Shown here piece after piece: positions 37,211-46,696 of a stretch of 64,000 nt of DNA. The notes below the pieces were generated by a model. It was not told the origin of the DNA, searched no databases, and saw nothing but the letters and a program-made list of their open reading frames with translations. The DNA is from Limnochordia bacterium (GTDB taxonomy: Bacteria; Bacillota; Limnochordia; Darwinibacteriales; Darwinibacteriaceae): positions 431,596-495,595 of the forward strand of contig JBMNKP010000001.1 in assembly GCA_050952265.1 (NCBI GenBank). The letters are read 5' to 3'. Made by a program: the position numbers and the translations under genes. How positions within the stretch are numbered: the first letter of the stretch is position 1; each line of letters begins with the position of its first letter.

Positions 37211-37576
37211 ATGTTTTTTATCGGGATCTTTGGAGTGCAGGACAAAGAAGAAACGATCAGAACGGAGCAGGCCGTGACCTGCCCCCTCTGCGGGGCCTAT
37301 GACCGCTACGAGGTGCTGCGGGTGTACAATTACTTCCACATCTTCTTCATCCCGGTCTGGAAGTGGAATAAGCGCTACTTCCTGCGCACCCGCTGCTGCC
37401 GGAGGATCTGCGCGCTGCGGGAAGAAGTGGGTCAGCGCATCGAGCAGGGGCAGGCCGTGACCATCACTTCAGCTGATGTCAAGTGCAGCGAACCAGTTGG
37501 GAACTCCTGCCCCAGCTGCGGCGCGCAGCTGCACAGCTCCTTCAGCTACTGTCCCTACTGCGGCAGCCGCCTTTGA
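37211..37576 (+). CDS. zinc-ribbon domain protein (121 aa)
   Basis: CPLCGAY near the N-terminus and CPSCGAQ...CPYCGS at the C-terminus; predicted internal TM segment. Confidence 0.55.
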   Translation: MFFIGIFGVQDKEETIRTEQAVTCPLCGAYDRYEVLRVYNYFHIFFIPVWKWNKRYFLRTRCCRRICALREEVGQRIEQGQAVTITSADVKCSEPVGNSCPSCGAQLHSSFSYCPYCGSRL

Positions 37577-37770
37577 AAAGCCGCCGGGCATTTACAGACA
37601 CTTTACGCATGGTTGATAATAACGCAACATGCAAGCGTTATAGTGCAGGCGACTGAACCGTTCGACGTTTTTCGTAATACGCATTGCACCACTATTCACA
37701 ACCGCGTTTCGACCACGGTTACGGACTGAAGGGATGGCGCGGGTCGTTTTTTGCCCTTGGTTTGACTGGA

Positions 37771-37900
37771 GGAAGTGAATATTTGGCAAACCATGAGAAA
37801 TCATGGGACGCAAAGCTAGAGGGGCTAAGCACGTTACGTGTATGCCAGCCAGTTGCGGTTTCGAATGCTTCCTAACTGCCTGGTTGGGAAGCGTTTTTTT
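37771..37900 (+). promoter_or_regulatory. candidate c-di-GMP-I (GEMM) riboswitch with intrinsic-terminator expression platform
   Basis: UUUGGCAAACCAUGAGAAAUCAUGGGACGCAAAGC parallels the V. cholerae Vc2 aptamer core GGGCAAACCAUUCGAAAGAGUGGGACGCAAAGCC, including the GAAA tetraloop hairpin. The 3' P1 strand GCUUCC doubles as the 5' arm of terminator GCTTCC-N13-GGGAAGC plus T7 (37867-37900). The gene ATG is at 37920. Confidence 0.55.
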
Positions 37901-37919
37901 ATGCCTAGGGGGGTTGGGA

Positions 37920-39806
37920 ATGACAAACGGAGTATCGTTGTCCAATTTGGGCGCGGAATCGTCGAAAGAATTAGAAAAAATAACCGAAAATGTAGTAGAA
38001 GCCGATCAGATCGACCGGGAGGGAAGGCTTGCCGTCGTCTGCGGGCAGCTGCGCATGGAAGAGCCGCAGGGGCGAGGCGCCTGGCCGGTGATTGTACCTG
38101 GTCCTCACCTGAGCCTGCGCCAGGGGGACAAGCTGGTCACAGGGCCGACAATTGTGGAGAGCCTGGAGGGCTTTTCCATCGCGCTCCAGCACGAGCCGCC
38201 GCAGAGCAAGTTTGAGCTGATCGTTTCCCGGGACAGGATGAAGGTGACCTTGAAAACGCGCTTTCGTTTCGGGACGGTGTACAAGCTGCGGGATGAGGAG
38301 TTTCAGCAGCGGCTGGTGCTCAAAGCGGTTCCGGCTGCAGACGTGCCGCCTAAGCCGATCGATCCCGCGTTGGTCTTGGCCAAGCTGCAGGAAATGGGTG
38401 TTCAACCTGAGACAGTCGAGACTGACCTGCTCCTGCAGGCCTGCAGTGAATGCCGCGATGCCGATGTGGTGATCGCCCGGGGCGTCGCGCCCGTTCCTCC
38501 AGTGGACGGTCGTGTGGAACTGGTCTGTGACCTCAAGCCCCGGGTCCCCAGTGAGAAGGAGGGCGACCGGGTAGACATTTTGGACCGAGGCACCTATAAC
38601 GCTGTGAATGCCGGCGAAGTCTTGGCCGTACTCCATCCTTCTGAACCGGGCAAGCCCGGGAAAGATGTCTTCGGCCGCGAGGTTCCGCCCCGGCTGCCGC
38701 GCCCGGTGCAGTTCACGGCAGGGCCCGGTGTGAAGTTGATCAAGGACGGGCGGATCGCCGTCGCCGAAGTGACCGGAAGGCCCACTTTCCAGCGGGGGGT
38801 GCTGCAGGTCAACACTCAGCTCGTGATCGGCGGGAATGTGACGGTAGCTTCGGGGAACGTCGATTTCAAAGGCGATGTGTTGATCATGGGCGATGTGGAA
38901 GAATCTCTGACCGTTAGGGCTGGCGGCGGGGTTGATGTGTACGGCAGCGCTTACCATGCGACTATTATCGCCGATGGGGGAGTGACCATCGCTGGCAAGC
39001 TGATCGGAGGCTCTGTGATCGCCGGCATCAATCAGCCAGGACTTGCAAAGGCCGTCAAGCTCTTGAGCTGGCTGGACCGTGATCTGGATCAGCTTCTTTC
39101 TGCTTTTTATCAGCTCCGGGAACATCTTGCTGGGAGCGGGAACTCCTTTGGCTGGCGCGGCGACGGCTACCTGATCAAAGTCCTGCTGGAGACCCGCCTG
39201 CCCCAGATCCCGAAACACTTTGGTCAGCTGCACGAGCTGCTGAGCGGCGACCTGGATCCCGGTGCAGAAGAGCTTGCCAAGTCGTCCGCGGCTTTGAAGT
39301 ATATCGCTGAAAGGTTTCTAGGTGCAGCCCCTCTGGAGATCGCCTGCTCTGAAGAGGTCGCCCGTTACCGGCTGCAGCTGCGCACCCTTGCCAGTCAACT
39401 GGAGGAGCACGTTGACGCGGCAGCAGATGTCGTGGTGCACTACTGTCAGAACGCTAAGATCGAGGCTACCGGTAATGTTACGGTGGCAGGTCTGCTGATC
39501 TACGACTGCGAGATCACTGCCGGGAAGACTTTGGAATTGGGCGGGCAGTGCCGCAGCGGCTCCTATACCGGTTCCTCCATTTATGCCCAGGTGGTGGGTT
39601 CCACTGGCATGGGAGCGCCGTCTCTAACGGTGTGCGACGGAGGGGTGATCGCGGCTCGCCGGTTCTGCTCCGGAGTGCGGCTGCGGATCGGCTCTGTGCA
39701 GGGGACCATCGGTACAGATTGTGCCAACAGGCTGTTTTACGCGAGCGATGGCGAACTGCACAGCAGGCACTACCAGTCCCGGCGAGAGGCAGTGCCTCCA
39801 GCATGA
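37920..39806 (+). CDS. DUF342 (FapA-like) beta-helical protein
   Basis: Repeated GNVTVASGNVDFKGDVLIMGDV...AGGGVDVYGS segments. Start set at ATG 37920 after GGGGGG; the ORF-track N-terminal extension (from 37803) would run through the riboswitch terminator and is rejected. Confidence 0.75.
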   Translation: MTNGVSLSNLGAESSKELEKITENVVEADQIDREGRLAVVCGQLRMEEPQGRGAWPVIVPGPHLSLRQGDKLVTGPTIVESLEGFSIALQHEPPQSKFELIVSRDRMKVTLKTRFRFGTVYKLRDEEFQQRLVLKAVPAADVPPKPIDPALVLAKLQEMGVQPETVETDLLLQACSECRDADVVIARGVAPVPPVDGRVELVCDLKPRVPSEKEGDRVDILDRGTYNAVNAGEVLAVLHPSEPGKPGKDVFGREVPPRLPRPVQFTAGPGVKLIKDGRIAVAEVTGRPTFQRGVLQVNTQLVIGGNVTVASGNVDFKGDVLIMGDVEESLTVRAGGGVDVYGSAYHATIIADGGVTIAGKLIGGSVIAGINQPGLAKAVKLLSWLDRDLDQLLSAFYQLREHLAGSGNSFGWRGDGYLIKVLLETRLPQIPKHFGQLHELLSGDLDPGAEELAKSSAALKYIAERFLGAAPLEIACSEEVARYRLQLRTLASQLEEHVDAAADVVVHYCQNAKIEATGNVTVAGLLIYDCEITAGKTLELGGQCRSGSYTGSSIYAQVVGSTGMGAPSLTVCDGGVIAARRFCSGVRLRIGSVQGTIGTDCANRLFYASDGELHSRHYQSRREAVPPA

Positions 39807-39901
39807 TGGAAAAATCACATGAAAAGAAAGGGATTTGGCGTTCAAAGGACGAAAAGATCTGGTAAAAAAACAGCGGTGATATACCACGGGGGGAAGAGGC
39901 C

Positions 39902-40708
39902 ATGAGCAACCACCTGGATCAGTTGGACGAACTGGACCTGCAGGCCGCCAGAGAGCGCATCCGGGAGCTTGAGGAACAGCTCAACTGGGAGAGGCGCCTG
40001 CTGCGGGCGGTCAAAGATAATCTCAAGATCGCCGTCTACGCCAAAGACCTTGAAGGCAGGAAGCTTCTTACCAACCCTGTGGATCTAGACAACCAGGGGA
40101 TCAGAGACGAATCCCAGGTGTTGGGCAAAACCGACTTCGATCTCTTTCCAAGGCACATCGCCGAGCAGTTTTGGCGCGATGACTGTGCCGTGCTGCAGCA
40201 GGGCAAGTCCATTATCGACCGGGAAGAGCTCCTGATTGAAAAGGCAACCGGCCGGCAGAGGTGGCTGCGCACCTCCAAACTGCCCATCCGTGACGACAGC
40301 GGGCAGGTTATCGGCCTGGTGGGCTTCGGCCAGGACATCACTGTGGAAAAACAGCTGGAACAGGAAAACGCGGAGGCCGCTGCCAAGATCAGGGAGCAGG
40401 AAGACGCGGTGGAAGCCATGATCTCCGAACTGGCCAAGATCCCTGATAACATCGGCAAACTGGTCAACTCCATCACCTACATAGCCAAGCAGACCAAGAT
40501 GGTATCGATCAACGCCACCATCGAAGCTGCCCGGTTGGGGGACCTCGGCCGCGGCTTCGAAGTTGTGGCAGAAGAGGTGGGTCAGCTTTCCGATCGTTCC
40601 AACCAGGCAGCTGCCCAGGTGCGGGCGGCCATCGCCGAAGTAGAGACGCTGGTGTCTCGAATTCTAGAGGTCTGGAAGACCCGCAGTCAGGCGGACGAGC
40701 GCCGCTGA
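39902..40708 (+). CDS. PAS-domain protein with a truncated methyl-accepting-chemotaxis signalling segment
   Basis: PAS core DITVEKQLE; then MVSINATIEAARLGDLGRGFEVVAEEVGQLSDRSNQAA resembles the MCP signalling domain but is only about 100 aa. No TM segments. Confidence 0.65.
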   Translation: MSNHLDQLDELDLQAARERIRELEEQLNWERRLLRAVKDNLKIAVYAKDLEGRKLLTNPVDLDNQGIRDESQVLGKTDFDLFPRHIAEQFWRDDCAVLQQGKSIIDREELLIEKATGRQRWLRTSKLPIRDDSGQVIGLVGFGQDITVEKQLEQENAEAAAKIREQEDAVEAMISELAKIPDNIGKLVNSITYIAKQTKMVSINATIEAARLGDLGRGFEVVAEEVGQLSDRSNQAAAQVRAAIAEVETLVSRILEVWKTRSQADERR

Positions 40709-40744
40709 CGCGATCAGTACCAGCCGAACAGATTAAGACGAGGT

Positions 40745-40775
40745 AGAGCTCAGTGCAATCTGGGCTCTTTTTTTT
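40745..40775 (+). terminator. Rho-independent terminator
   Basis: GAGCTCAGTGCAATCTGGGCTC hairpin followed by T9. Confidence 0.65.
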
Positions 40776-40860
40776 GCTGCTTGGATAGAAGGAAATGGAA
40801 ACAGGTGCGTGGAACGCAAAAACACATTTAGGCAGGTTTCTTCTGCCCAAGGAGGACGCT

Positions 40861-41394
40861 ATGCGCTTAGAACACAGCGAACTGGTAATCAGAGATGCAG
40901 AAGTCGGGGACGCCAGGCTGCTCTGCCAGTGGTGGAACGACGGCAAGGTGATGGAGCATGCCGGGTTCCCCCTGGGACTCGGCACCACTGAGGAAGAGGT
41001 TGTCAAGCTGCTGGCACAGGACGAAGACGGCATCCACCGCAGGTTGATCTTGGAGGTTGCCTCGGTGCCAGTAGGTGAGATGAACTACCGCAATAAAGGC
41101 GGGGGCACGGCGGAGATCGGGATCAAGATCTGCCGGTTCGACCATCAGGAAAAGGGTTACGGCACCAAGTTCCTCAAGATGCTGATCGCCTATCTCTTCG
41201 ATGAACTGGGCTTTACCAGGATAATCCTGGACACAAATGTGAAGAACACCCGTGCCCAGCACGTTTACGAAGAGAAACTCGGTTTTAGGAAGGCCGGGGT
41301 CAGGATCGACTCCTGGAAAGACCAGCTGGGTGAGCTGCAGTCATCCATTGACTACGAACTCCTGCCGGAAGATTTCGCACCTCACCGCATGTAA
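40861..41394 (+). CDS. GNAT family N-acetyltransferase
   Basis: ATG 5 nt after AGGAGG. QEKGYGTKFLKMLIAYLFDELGFTRI acetyl-CoA-binding motif. Confidence 0.7.
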   Translation: MRLEHSELVIRDAEVGDARLLCQWWNDGKVMEHAGFPLGLGTTEEEVVKLLAQDEDGIHRRLILEVASVPVGEMNYRNKGGGTAEIGIKICRFDHQEKGYGTKFLKMLIAYLFDELGFTRIILDTNVKNTRAQHVYEEKLGFRKAGVRIDSWKDQLGELQSSIDYELLPEDFAPHRM

Positions 41395-41441
41395 ACTAAT
41401 AGAACCATAACATATCTGCGGGAAATTTGACTGACCATCAA

Positions 41442-41471
41442 TTGACAGGCTCTGGGCAGGGTTAGTATAAT
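41442..41471 (+). promoter_or_regulatory. sigma-A-type promoter of the hydrogenase operon
   Basis: TTGACA-N18-TATAAT, about 120 nt upstream of the first hydrogenase gene. Confidence 0.55.
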
Positions 41472-41593
41472 GAAGTTGCTCGTGAAAAAAATAACGAAAT
41501 TCACCAGCAGAAAGAAATGGACCTCGAGTTTCTACCCGGATCAGCAAGATGGTTGTTGCCTGGACGTTACGAAATTTGCAAAGGAGATGGGAT

Positions 41594-42116
41594 CATGGGA
41601 TGCATTTGTGGTCAGGACAAACAGAGCATGCAGGCCTACCTGCAGCCCCTGCAGCAGGTTTTGAACCGCTATGCCAGGGAAGAACGCTTCCTTGTGCCGA
41701 TTCTCCAGGATGCCCAGGAAGCCTACGGCTACCTGCCCGCTGAGGTGATGCGCGAGATCGCCCGGAGCCTGAACATCTCGTTCACGAAGGTGTACGGAGT
41801 CGCCACTTTCTACAGTCAGTTTCACCTCCGGCCGCGGGGCAGGAACGTGATCAAGGTCTGCACGGGGACTGCCTGCCACGTCAGGGGAGGCGGAGAAGTG
41901 CTTAAGGCCATCCAGAATGTCCTTGGTATCGAGGCGGGCGGCACCACACCCGATCTGGAGTTCACCCTGGAGACTGTGGCCTGCATCGGTGCCTGCGGAC
42001 TGGCGCCCGTGATCATGATCAACGACGACACCCACGGACGGGTTAATCCCGAGAACATCAAGTCCATCCTCGACGGCTACCGCCAGCCGGTGCATACGGA
42101 GGTGGCCGCTGGATGA
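41594..42116 (+). CDS. [FeFe]-hydrogenase NuoE-like [2Fe-2S] subunit (HydC/HndA type)
   Basis: Thioredoxin-like [2Fe-2S] ferredoxin fold with Cys motifs CTGTACHVRG...CIGACGLAP. ATG 8 nt after AAGGAG. Confidence 0.8.
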
Positions 42117-43987
42117 GGTCAGCAAAGGAACTGAACGAGTTGAGGGCGGCCCTTGCCCAGCAGCTGGCTGAAAGAAAGCGAGCTAAGCCTCGGATCATCA
42201 TAGGCATGGGGACCTGCGGGATAGCAGCTGGAGCCAGGGAGATCCTCAAAGCAGTACTGCGGGAAGTGGAGAACCGCAGGCTCGATGTGGAGGTATGCCA
42301 GACGGGGTGTATCGGCATGTGCCAGTACGAGCCGCTCCTCGATGTGCAGCTGCCCGGCGGGCCGCGGGTAACCTACGGCAGTGTGGCAGTGAAGGATGTG
42401 CCGCGCATCATCGCCAGCCATGTGATGGGCGGCAGGGTTGTGGAAGAGCTGGCTGTGGCTCAGATGGCCGATGGCGAACCGCTTGTGGAAGGAGTCCCAA
42501 CCTATGATGAACTGGATTTCTTCGGCAGGCAGCTGCGCATCGCTCTTGCCAACTGCGGCCGTATTGACCCTGAAAGCATAACTGAGTACATCGCCTGCGG
42601 CGGCTATGCCGCCTGTGCGAAGGCCTTGACCGAGATGACCCCGGAAGAGGTTATCTCCGAGGTCAAGAAGGCCGGCTTGCGCGGGCGGGGGGGTGCCGGC
42701 TTCCCAACCGGCCTCAAATGGGAGCTGACCAGCCGCACGCCCAGCGATAAGAAGTACATCGTCTGCAACGCTGACGAAGGCGATCCCGGTGCCTTCATGG
42801 ACCGCAGCCTGCTGGAGGGCGATCCTCACCGGGTTATCGAAGGCATGATCATCGGCGCCTATGCTATCGGGGCCGATGAAGGGTATATCTACGTCAGAGC
42901 CGAGTATCCCCTGGCCATTAAGCGCCTTGAGATCGCCCTCAAGCAGGCGCGGGAGCAGGGCCTTTTGGGGGAGAACCTTTTTGGAAGCGGCTTCAGCTTC
43001 GATCTCCACATCAAAAAGGGAGCGGGCGCCTTCGTCTGCGGCGAAGAGACTGCGCTTATGGCTTCCATCGAAGGCCGGCGGGGCATGCCCCGGCCCAAGC
43101 CTCCCTTCCCCTCCGTTTCCGGCCTCTGGGGCAAACCCACCAACATCAACAATGTAGAGACCTTCGCCAACGTGGCTGAGATCATAGACCGCGGAGCCGA
43201 GTGGTTTGCGGGCATCGGCACCGAGGGGAGCAAGGGTACGAAAGTCTTTGCCCTCACCGGCAAGATCGCCCACACCGGCCTCGTGGAAGTTCCCATGGGC
43301 ATGTCGCTGCGGGAAGTCATTTACGACATCGGCGGCGGACTCCCTGCGGGTGCTCAGCTGAAAGCGGTGCAGATCGGCGGCCCCTCGGGCGGCTGTATCC
43401 CCGCTGAACTCCTCGATCTTCCCATCGACTACGAGTCTCTGCGGGAAGTCGGGGCGATGATGGGTTCCGGCGGTATGGTGGTCATGGACCAGAACACCTG
43501 CATGGTCGATGTGGCCCGCTTTTTCCTGAAATTCACCCAAAACGAATCCTGCGGCAAGTGCACCCCCTGCCGTGAGGGCACCAAGCGCATGCTGGAGATC
43601 CTGGACAGGATCTGCTCGGGCGATGGCAAGGATGGCGATCTCGAACTTTTGGAGGAGCTCGCCTGCCACATCAGGGACACCTCCCTCTGCCAGCTGGGCG
43701 GTTCCGCTCCGAACCCCGTTCTCAGCACCCTCCAGTACTTCCGGGATGAGTACGAAGCCCACATTAGGGACAAGCGCTGCCCGGCGAATGTCTGCGCAGG
43801 CACGAGCGCACCTTACCAGATCAACGCTGCTGTCTGCATAGGCTGCGGGCTTTGCGTAAGGGTCTGCCCCGCGGGCGCGGTCAGCGGCGAGCGGCGCCAG
43901 CCTCACCACATCGATGCTGGAAGCTGCTTGGTCTGCGGCGCGTGCGCTGCCAAGTGCCCGGTGCACGCCATCGCCCAGGGCGCTTGA
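42113..43987 (+). CDS. [FeFe]-hydrogenase NuoF-like flavoprotein subunit (HydB/HndC type) with N-terminal [2Fe-2S] and C-terminal 2x[4Fe-4S] domains
   Basis: GRGGAGFPTGLKW FMN/NADH site, CGKCTPCREG [4Fe-4S], and terminal CIGCGLCVRVCP / CLVCGACAAKCP ferredoxin motifs. Confidence 0.85.
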   Translation: MRSAKELNELRAALAQQLAERKRAKPRIIIGMGTCGIAAGAREILKAVLREVENRRLDVEVCQTGCIGMCQYEPLLDVQLPGGPRVTYGSVAVKDVPRIIASHVMGGRVVEELAVAQMADGEPLVEGVPTYDELDFFGRQLRIALANCGRIDPESITEYIACGGYAACAKALTEMTPEEVISEVKKAGLRGRGGAGFPTGLKWELTSRTPSDKKYIVCNADEGDPGAFMDRSLLEGDPHRVIEGMIIGAYAIGADEGYIYVRAEYPLAIKRLEIALKQAREQGLLGENLFGSGFSFDLHIKKGAGAFVCGEETALMASIEGRRGMPRPKPPFPSVSGLWGKPTNINNVETFANVAEIIDRGAEWFAGIGTEGSKGTKVFALTGKIAHTGLVEVPMGMSLREVIYDIGGGLPAGAQLKAVQIGGPSGGCIPAELLDLPIDYESLREVGAMMGSGGMVVMDQNTCMVDVARFFLKFTQNESCGKCTPCREGTKRMLEILDRICSGDGKDGDLELLEELACHIRDTSLCQLGGSAPNPVLSTLQYFRDEYEAHIRDKRCPANVCAGTSAPYQINAAVCIGCGLCVRVCPAGAVSGERRQPHHIDAGSCLVCGACAAKCPVHAIAQGA

Positions 43988-44008
43988 GACGGAGAAAGGA
44001 GAAGCTGC

Positions 44009-45727
44009 ATGAACAAGATCACCTTTACCATAGATGGACATACCGTCGAAGTGGAACGGGGGACTACCATTCTGCAGGCAGCCCATTCCCTGGGCATCGA
44101 CATCCCCACCCTCTGCTACCATCCAGACCTGTCACTGCACGTATCGTGCCGGGTGTGCATGGTGGAGGATGTGCGCAGCGGCAGGCTCCTCGCTTCCTGT
44201 GCCACTGAAGCAGCAGAAGGTATGGAGATCAGCACCCGCAGCAGCCGGGCCCGCCGGGCACGGCGGCGCAATGTGGAACTGCTGCTCGCCAACCACCCCC
44301 GGGACTGCCTGAGCTGCTACCGCAATGGCAGCTGCGAGCTGCAGGATATCACCTTTAGGCTTGGCGTGACCAAGGAAGACGTTGACCGCCTCCGCGGCGA
44401 GCAGCGCAGCTTCCCCGATGACGAAACCGGTCCCGCCCTGCGCAGGGAACCGAACAAGTGCATCCTCTGCGGCCGCTGCGTGCGGGCGTGTGAAGAGATT
44501 CAGGGCATCGCGGCCCTGGGGTTTGCCGGCCGCGGCTTTAACTCCATCGTGACCACAGCCTTTGATCTTCCCCTCAGCGAGATCAACTGCGCAAACTGCG
44601 GCCAGTGTTCGGCCGTCTGCCCCGTAGGGGCGATCACTGAAGTGAGCGAGATCAACGCGGTCTGGCGGGCACTGGAGGATAGGGACAAGTTCGTAGTGGT
44701 GCAGACTGCTCCTTCCATCCAGGCAACGATCGGAGAAGAGTTCGGCCTGGAGCCCGGGACGGTGGTGACCGGCCAGCTGGTGGCAGCTCTCAGGCTGCTC
44801 GGCTTCGACCGGGTCTTTTCCACAGAGTTCACTGCTGATTTGACCGTCCTGGAAGAAGGCTGGGAGTTTATCTCCCGCATTGAGGGGAACAAGGACCTGC
44901 CCCACATCACATCCTGCTGCCCTGGCTGGGTCAAGTACGCTGAGCACAACTACCCCGACCTGATCGATCATCTTTCTTCAGCCAAGTCGCCGCAGCAGAT
45001 GTTTTCAACACTGGCCAAGACCTATTACGCGCAGCAGCTGGGGATCGATCCGGCGCAGATCTACACTGTTTCCATCATGCCCTGTACCGCTAAGAAATTC
45101 GAGAAAGAGCGGCCGGAGCACCGCGACAGCGGCTATCAGGACACGGATGCCGTCCTTACTACGAGAGAACTGGCGCGTATGCTCAAAGAGGTCGGTATCG
45201 ACCTGGTGCACCTCCCCGAGGAGCACTACGACTCGATCATGGGCAGCCAGTCCGGAGCGGCCACCATCTTCGGGACCACGGGCGGCGTGACTGAAGCCGC
45301 ACTGCGCACGGTGAAAGAAGTGCTCACCGGCGAACCGCTGGACCGGCTCAACCTGGGCTTTTTGGGCCGCAAGGAAGCGGAAGTCGAGATCGGCGGCCGC
45401 ACCTTCAAGATCGCTGTAGTAAGCGGCCTGGCCGAGGCCGGGCGCATCCTGGACGAAGTCCGGGCGGGAAGATCCGACCTGGACTGGATTGAGGTTATGG
45501 CCTGCCCCCACGGCTGTGTGGGAGGGGGAGGGCAGCCCAGGCCCAACAGCAAAGCGATCATGGACAAGCGGGCGCAGGGCCTGGCCCAGCTCGACCGGAG
45601 CAACACCATCCGCAAGTCCCATGAGAATCCCGATGTGATCAGGTTGTACGAGGAATATCTCGGAGAGCCGCAGAGCGGGCGGGCTCACGAGCTGCTGCAC
45701 ACAACCTACCAAGCCCGGCCGAGGTAA
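44009..45727 (+). CDS. hydA: [FeFe]-hydrogenase catalytic subunit
   Basis: H-cluster motifs TSCCPGW, MPCTAKKFE and EVMACPHGCVGGGGQP, plus N-terminal [2Fe-2S] and [4Fe-4S] ferredoxin domains. Confidence 0.9.
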   Translation: MNKITFTIDGHTVEVERGTTILQAAHSLGIDIPTLCYHPDLSLHVSCRVCMVEDVRSGRLLASCATEAAEGMEISTRSSRARRARRRNVELLLANHPRDCLSCYRNGSCELQDITFRLGVTKEDVDRLRGEQRSFPDDETGPALRREPNKCILCGRCVRACEEIQGIAALGFAGRGFNSIVTTAFDLPLSEINCANCGQCSAVCPVGAITEVSEINAVWRALEDRDKFVVVQTAPSIQATIGEEFGLEPGTVVTGQLVAALRLLGFDRVFSTEFTADLTVLEEGWEFISRIEGNKDLPHITSCCPGWVKYAEHNYPDLIDHLSSAKSPQQMFSTLAKTYYAQQLGIDPAQIYTVSIMPCTAKKFEKERPEHRDSGYQDTDAVLTTRELARMLKEVGIDLVHLPEEHYDSIMGSQSGAATIFGTTGGVTEAALRTVKEVLTGEPLDRLNLGFLGRKEAEVEIGGRTFKIAVVSGLAEAGRILDEVRAGRSDLDWIEVMACPHGCVGGGGQPRPNSKAIMDKRAQGLAQLDRSNTIRKSHENPDVIRLYEEYLGEPQSGRAHELLHTTYQARPR

Positions 45728-45739
45728 AGGAGGGCTACC

Positions 45740-46696
45740 ATGAAAAGGCTGCAAGCTCTGATGGCCGGCATGGTCATCTTGTGCGCGCTGCTTCCATGCG
45801 CCGCTGCCTGGGCAGGAGAACCGGTCAAGGTTCGCATCCAGGGTCCGCCTGCCGCAGGGATGCTGCCCCTGATCTGGCTGCAGGAGAGCGGCCTTCTGGC
45901 CGGGCAGGCAGAGCTGGAGATCACTTTCTCCCAGGACCACCAGCGGGGTCTTGCCCTCGCCGCCGCTTCTGATCTGGATCTTCTGGTCACCGGCGTCAAC
46001 GTGGGCGCCAAAGCCTACAACAAGGGCATAGACCTTAAGCTCCTCAGCACCAACACTTGGGGGCTGGATTATCTGCTCACAGCCGGCTTTCAAGCCGAGA
46101 ACTGGCGGGATTTGGAGGGGAAATCGCTCTGTCTGCCCCTTCAAGGAGGGCCCCTGGACTTCCTCGCCCGCTACTTCCTGCTGCAGCACGGGGCCGACCT
46201 GGGGCGGGTGGAGTTTGTCTACCTGCCGTCAAACAGCGGGGCGAAGACCTTTCAGCTTGGCCGCGTCGATGCCATCATCCTGCCCGAACCCTTAGCCACC
46301 GTGACCCTCCGCAGCTTTGAGCAGGCTGTACTGTCCCTTGACCTGCAGGAGGAATGGGGCCGGCTGCACGGCGGCGATGAACGCATCCCCTTCGTGGGGC
46401 TCTTCGCCCGGGGCGGCTTTGCCCGGGAGAATCAAGAGCTTGTCCGCCTGATCCGCGAGTACTACCAAGCAGGCGCTGCCTGGATGGAGGCCCATCCAGA
46501 AGAGGCTGCCTCCCTAGCTGAGCGGCATTTCGGCCAGCCGGCGGAGGTGTTCCAGGAGTCGCTCAAGAGGACTCATGTTCAGGTCTATCCCAGAGCGGAA
46601 GAGAGGGAGCTGATCGAAGTCTTTTTCAGCGCCATCATGGACCTATTTCCAGAAATGATAGGTGGGACGCTGCCCGATGATGGCTTTTATTACTAG
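45740..46696 (+). CDS. ABC transporter substrate-binding protein (NitT/TauT / NMT1-like family)
   Basis: Signal peptide and periplasmic-binding fold. Followed by a cognate permease and ATPase. Confidence 0.65.
   Translation: MKRLQALMAGMVILCALLPCAAAWAGEPVKVRIQGPPAAGMLPLIWLQESGLLAGQAELEITFSQDHQRGLALAAASDLDLLVTGVNVGAKAYNKGIDLKLLSTNTWGLDYLLTAGFQAENWRDLEGKSLCLPLQGGPLDFLARYFLLQHGADLGRVEFVYLPSNSGAKTFQLGRVDAIILPEPLATVTLRSFEQAVLSLDLQEEWGRLHGGDERIPFVGLFARGGFARENQELVRLIREYYQAGAAWMEAHPEEAASLAERHFGQPAEVFQESLKRTHVQVYPRAEERELIEVFFSAIMDLFPEMIGGTLPDDGFYY

Noticed and set aside
37803-37919. N-terminal 39-codon extension of the DUF342 ORF given by the ORF track (start 37803)
   Set aside because: It would read through the riboswitch aptamer and the T7 terminator. 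A far better start (ATG 37920 after GGGGGG) follows the terminator.
37975-38010. Sigma-D-like motif TAAC-N16-GCCGATCA, suggestive of a flagellar-class promoter
   Set aside because: It lies inside the DUF342 coding sequence downstream of the preferred start. The -35 is not TAAA and spacing is off by one. Treated as chance.
41478-41510. Possible Rex operator (GTGAA...TTCAC) in the hydrogenase leader
   Set aside because: The half-sites are 13 nt apart rather than the 4-6 nt of TTGTGAA-N4-TTCACAA.
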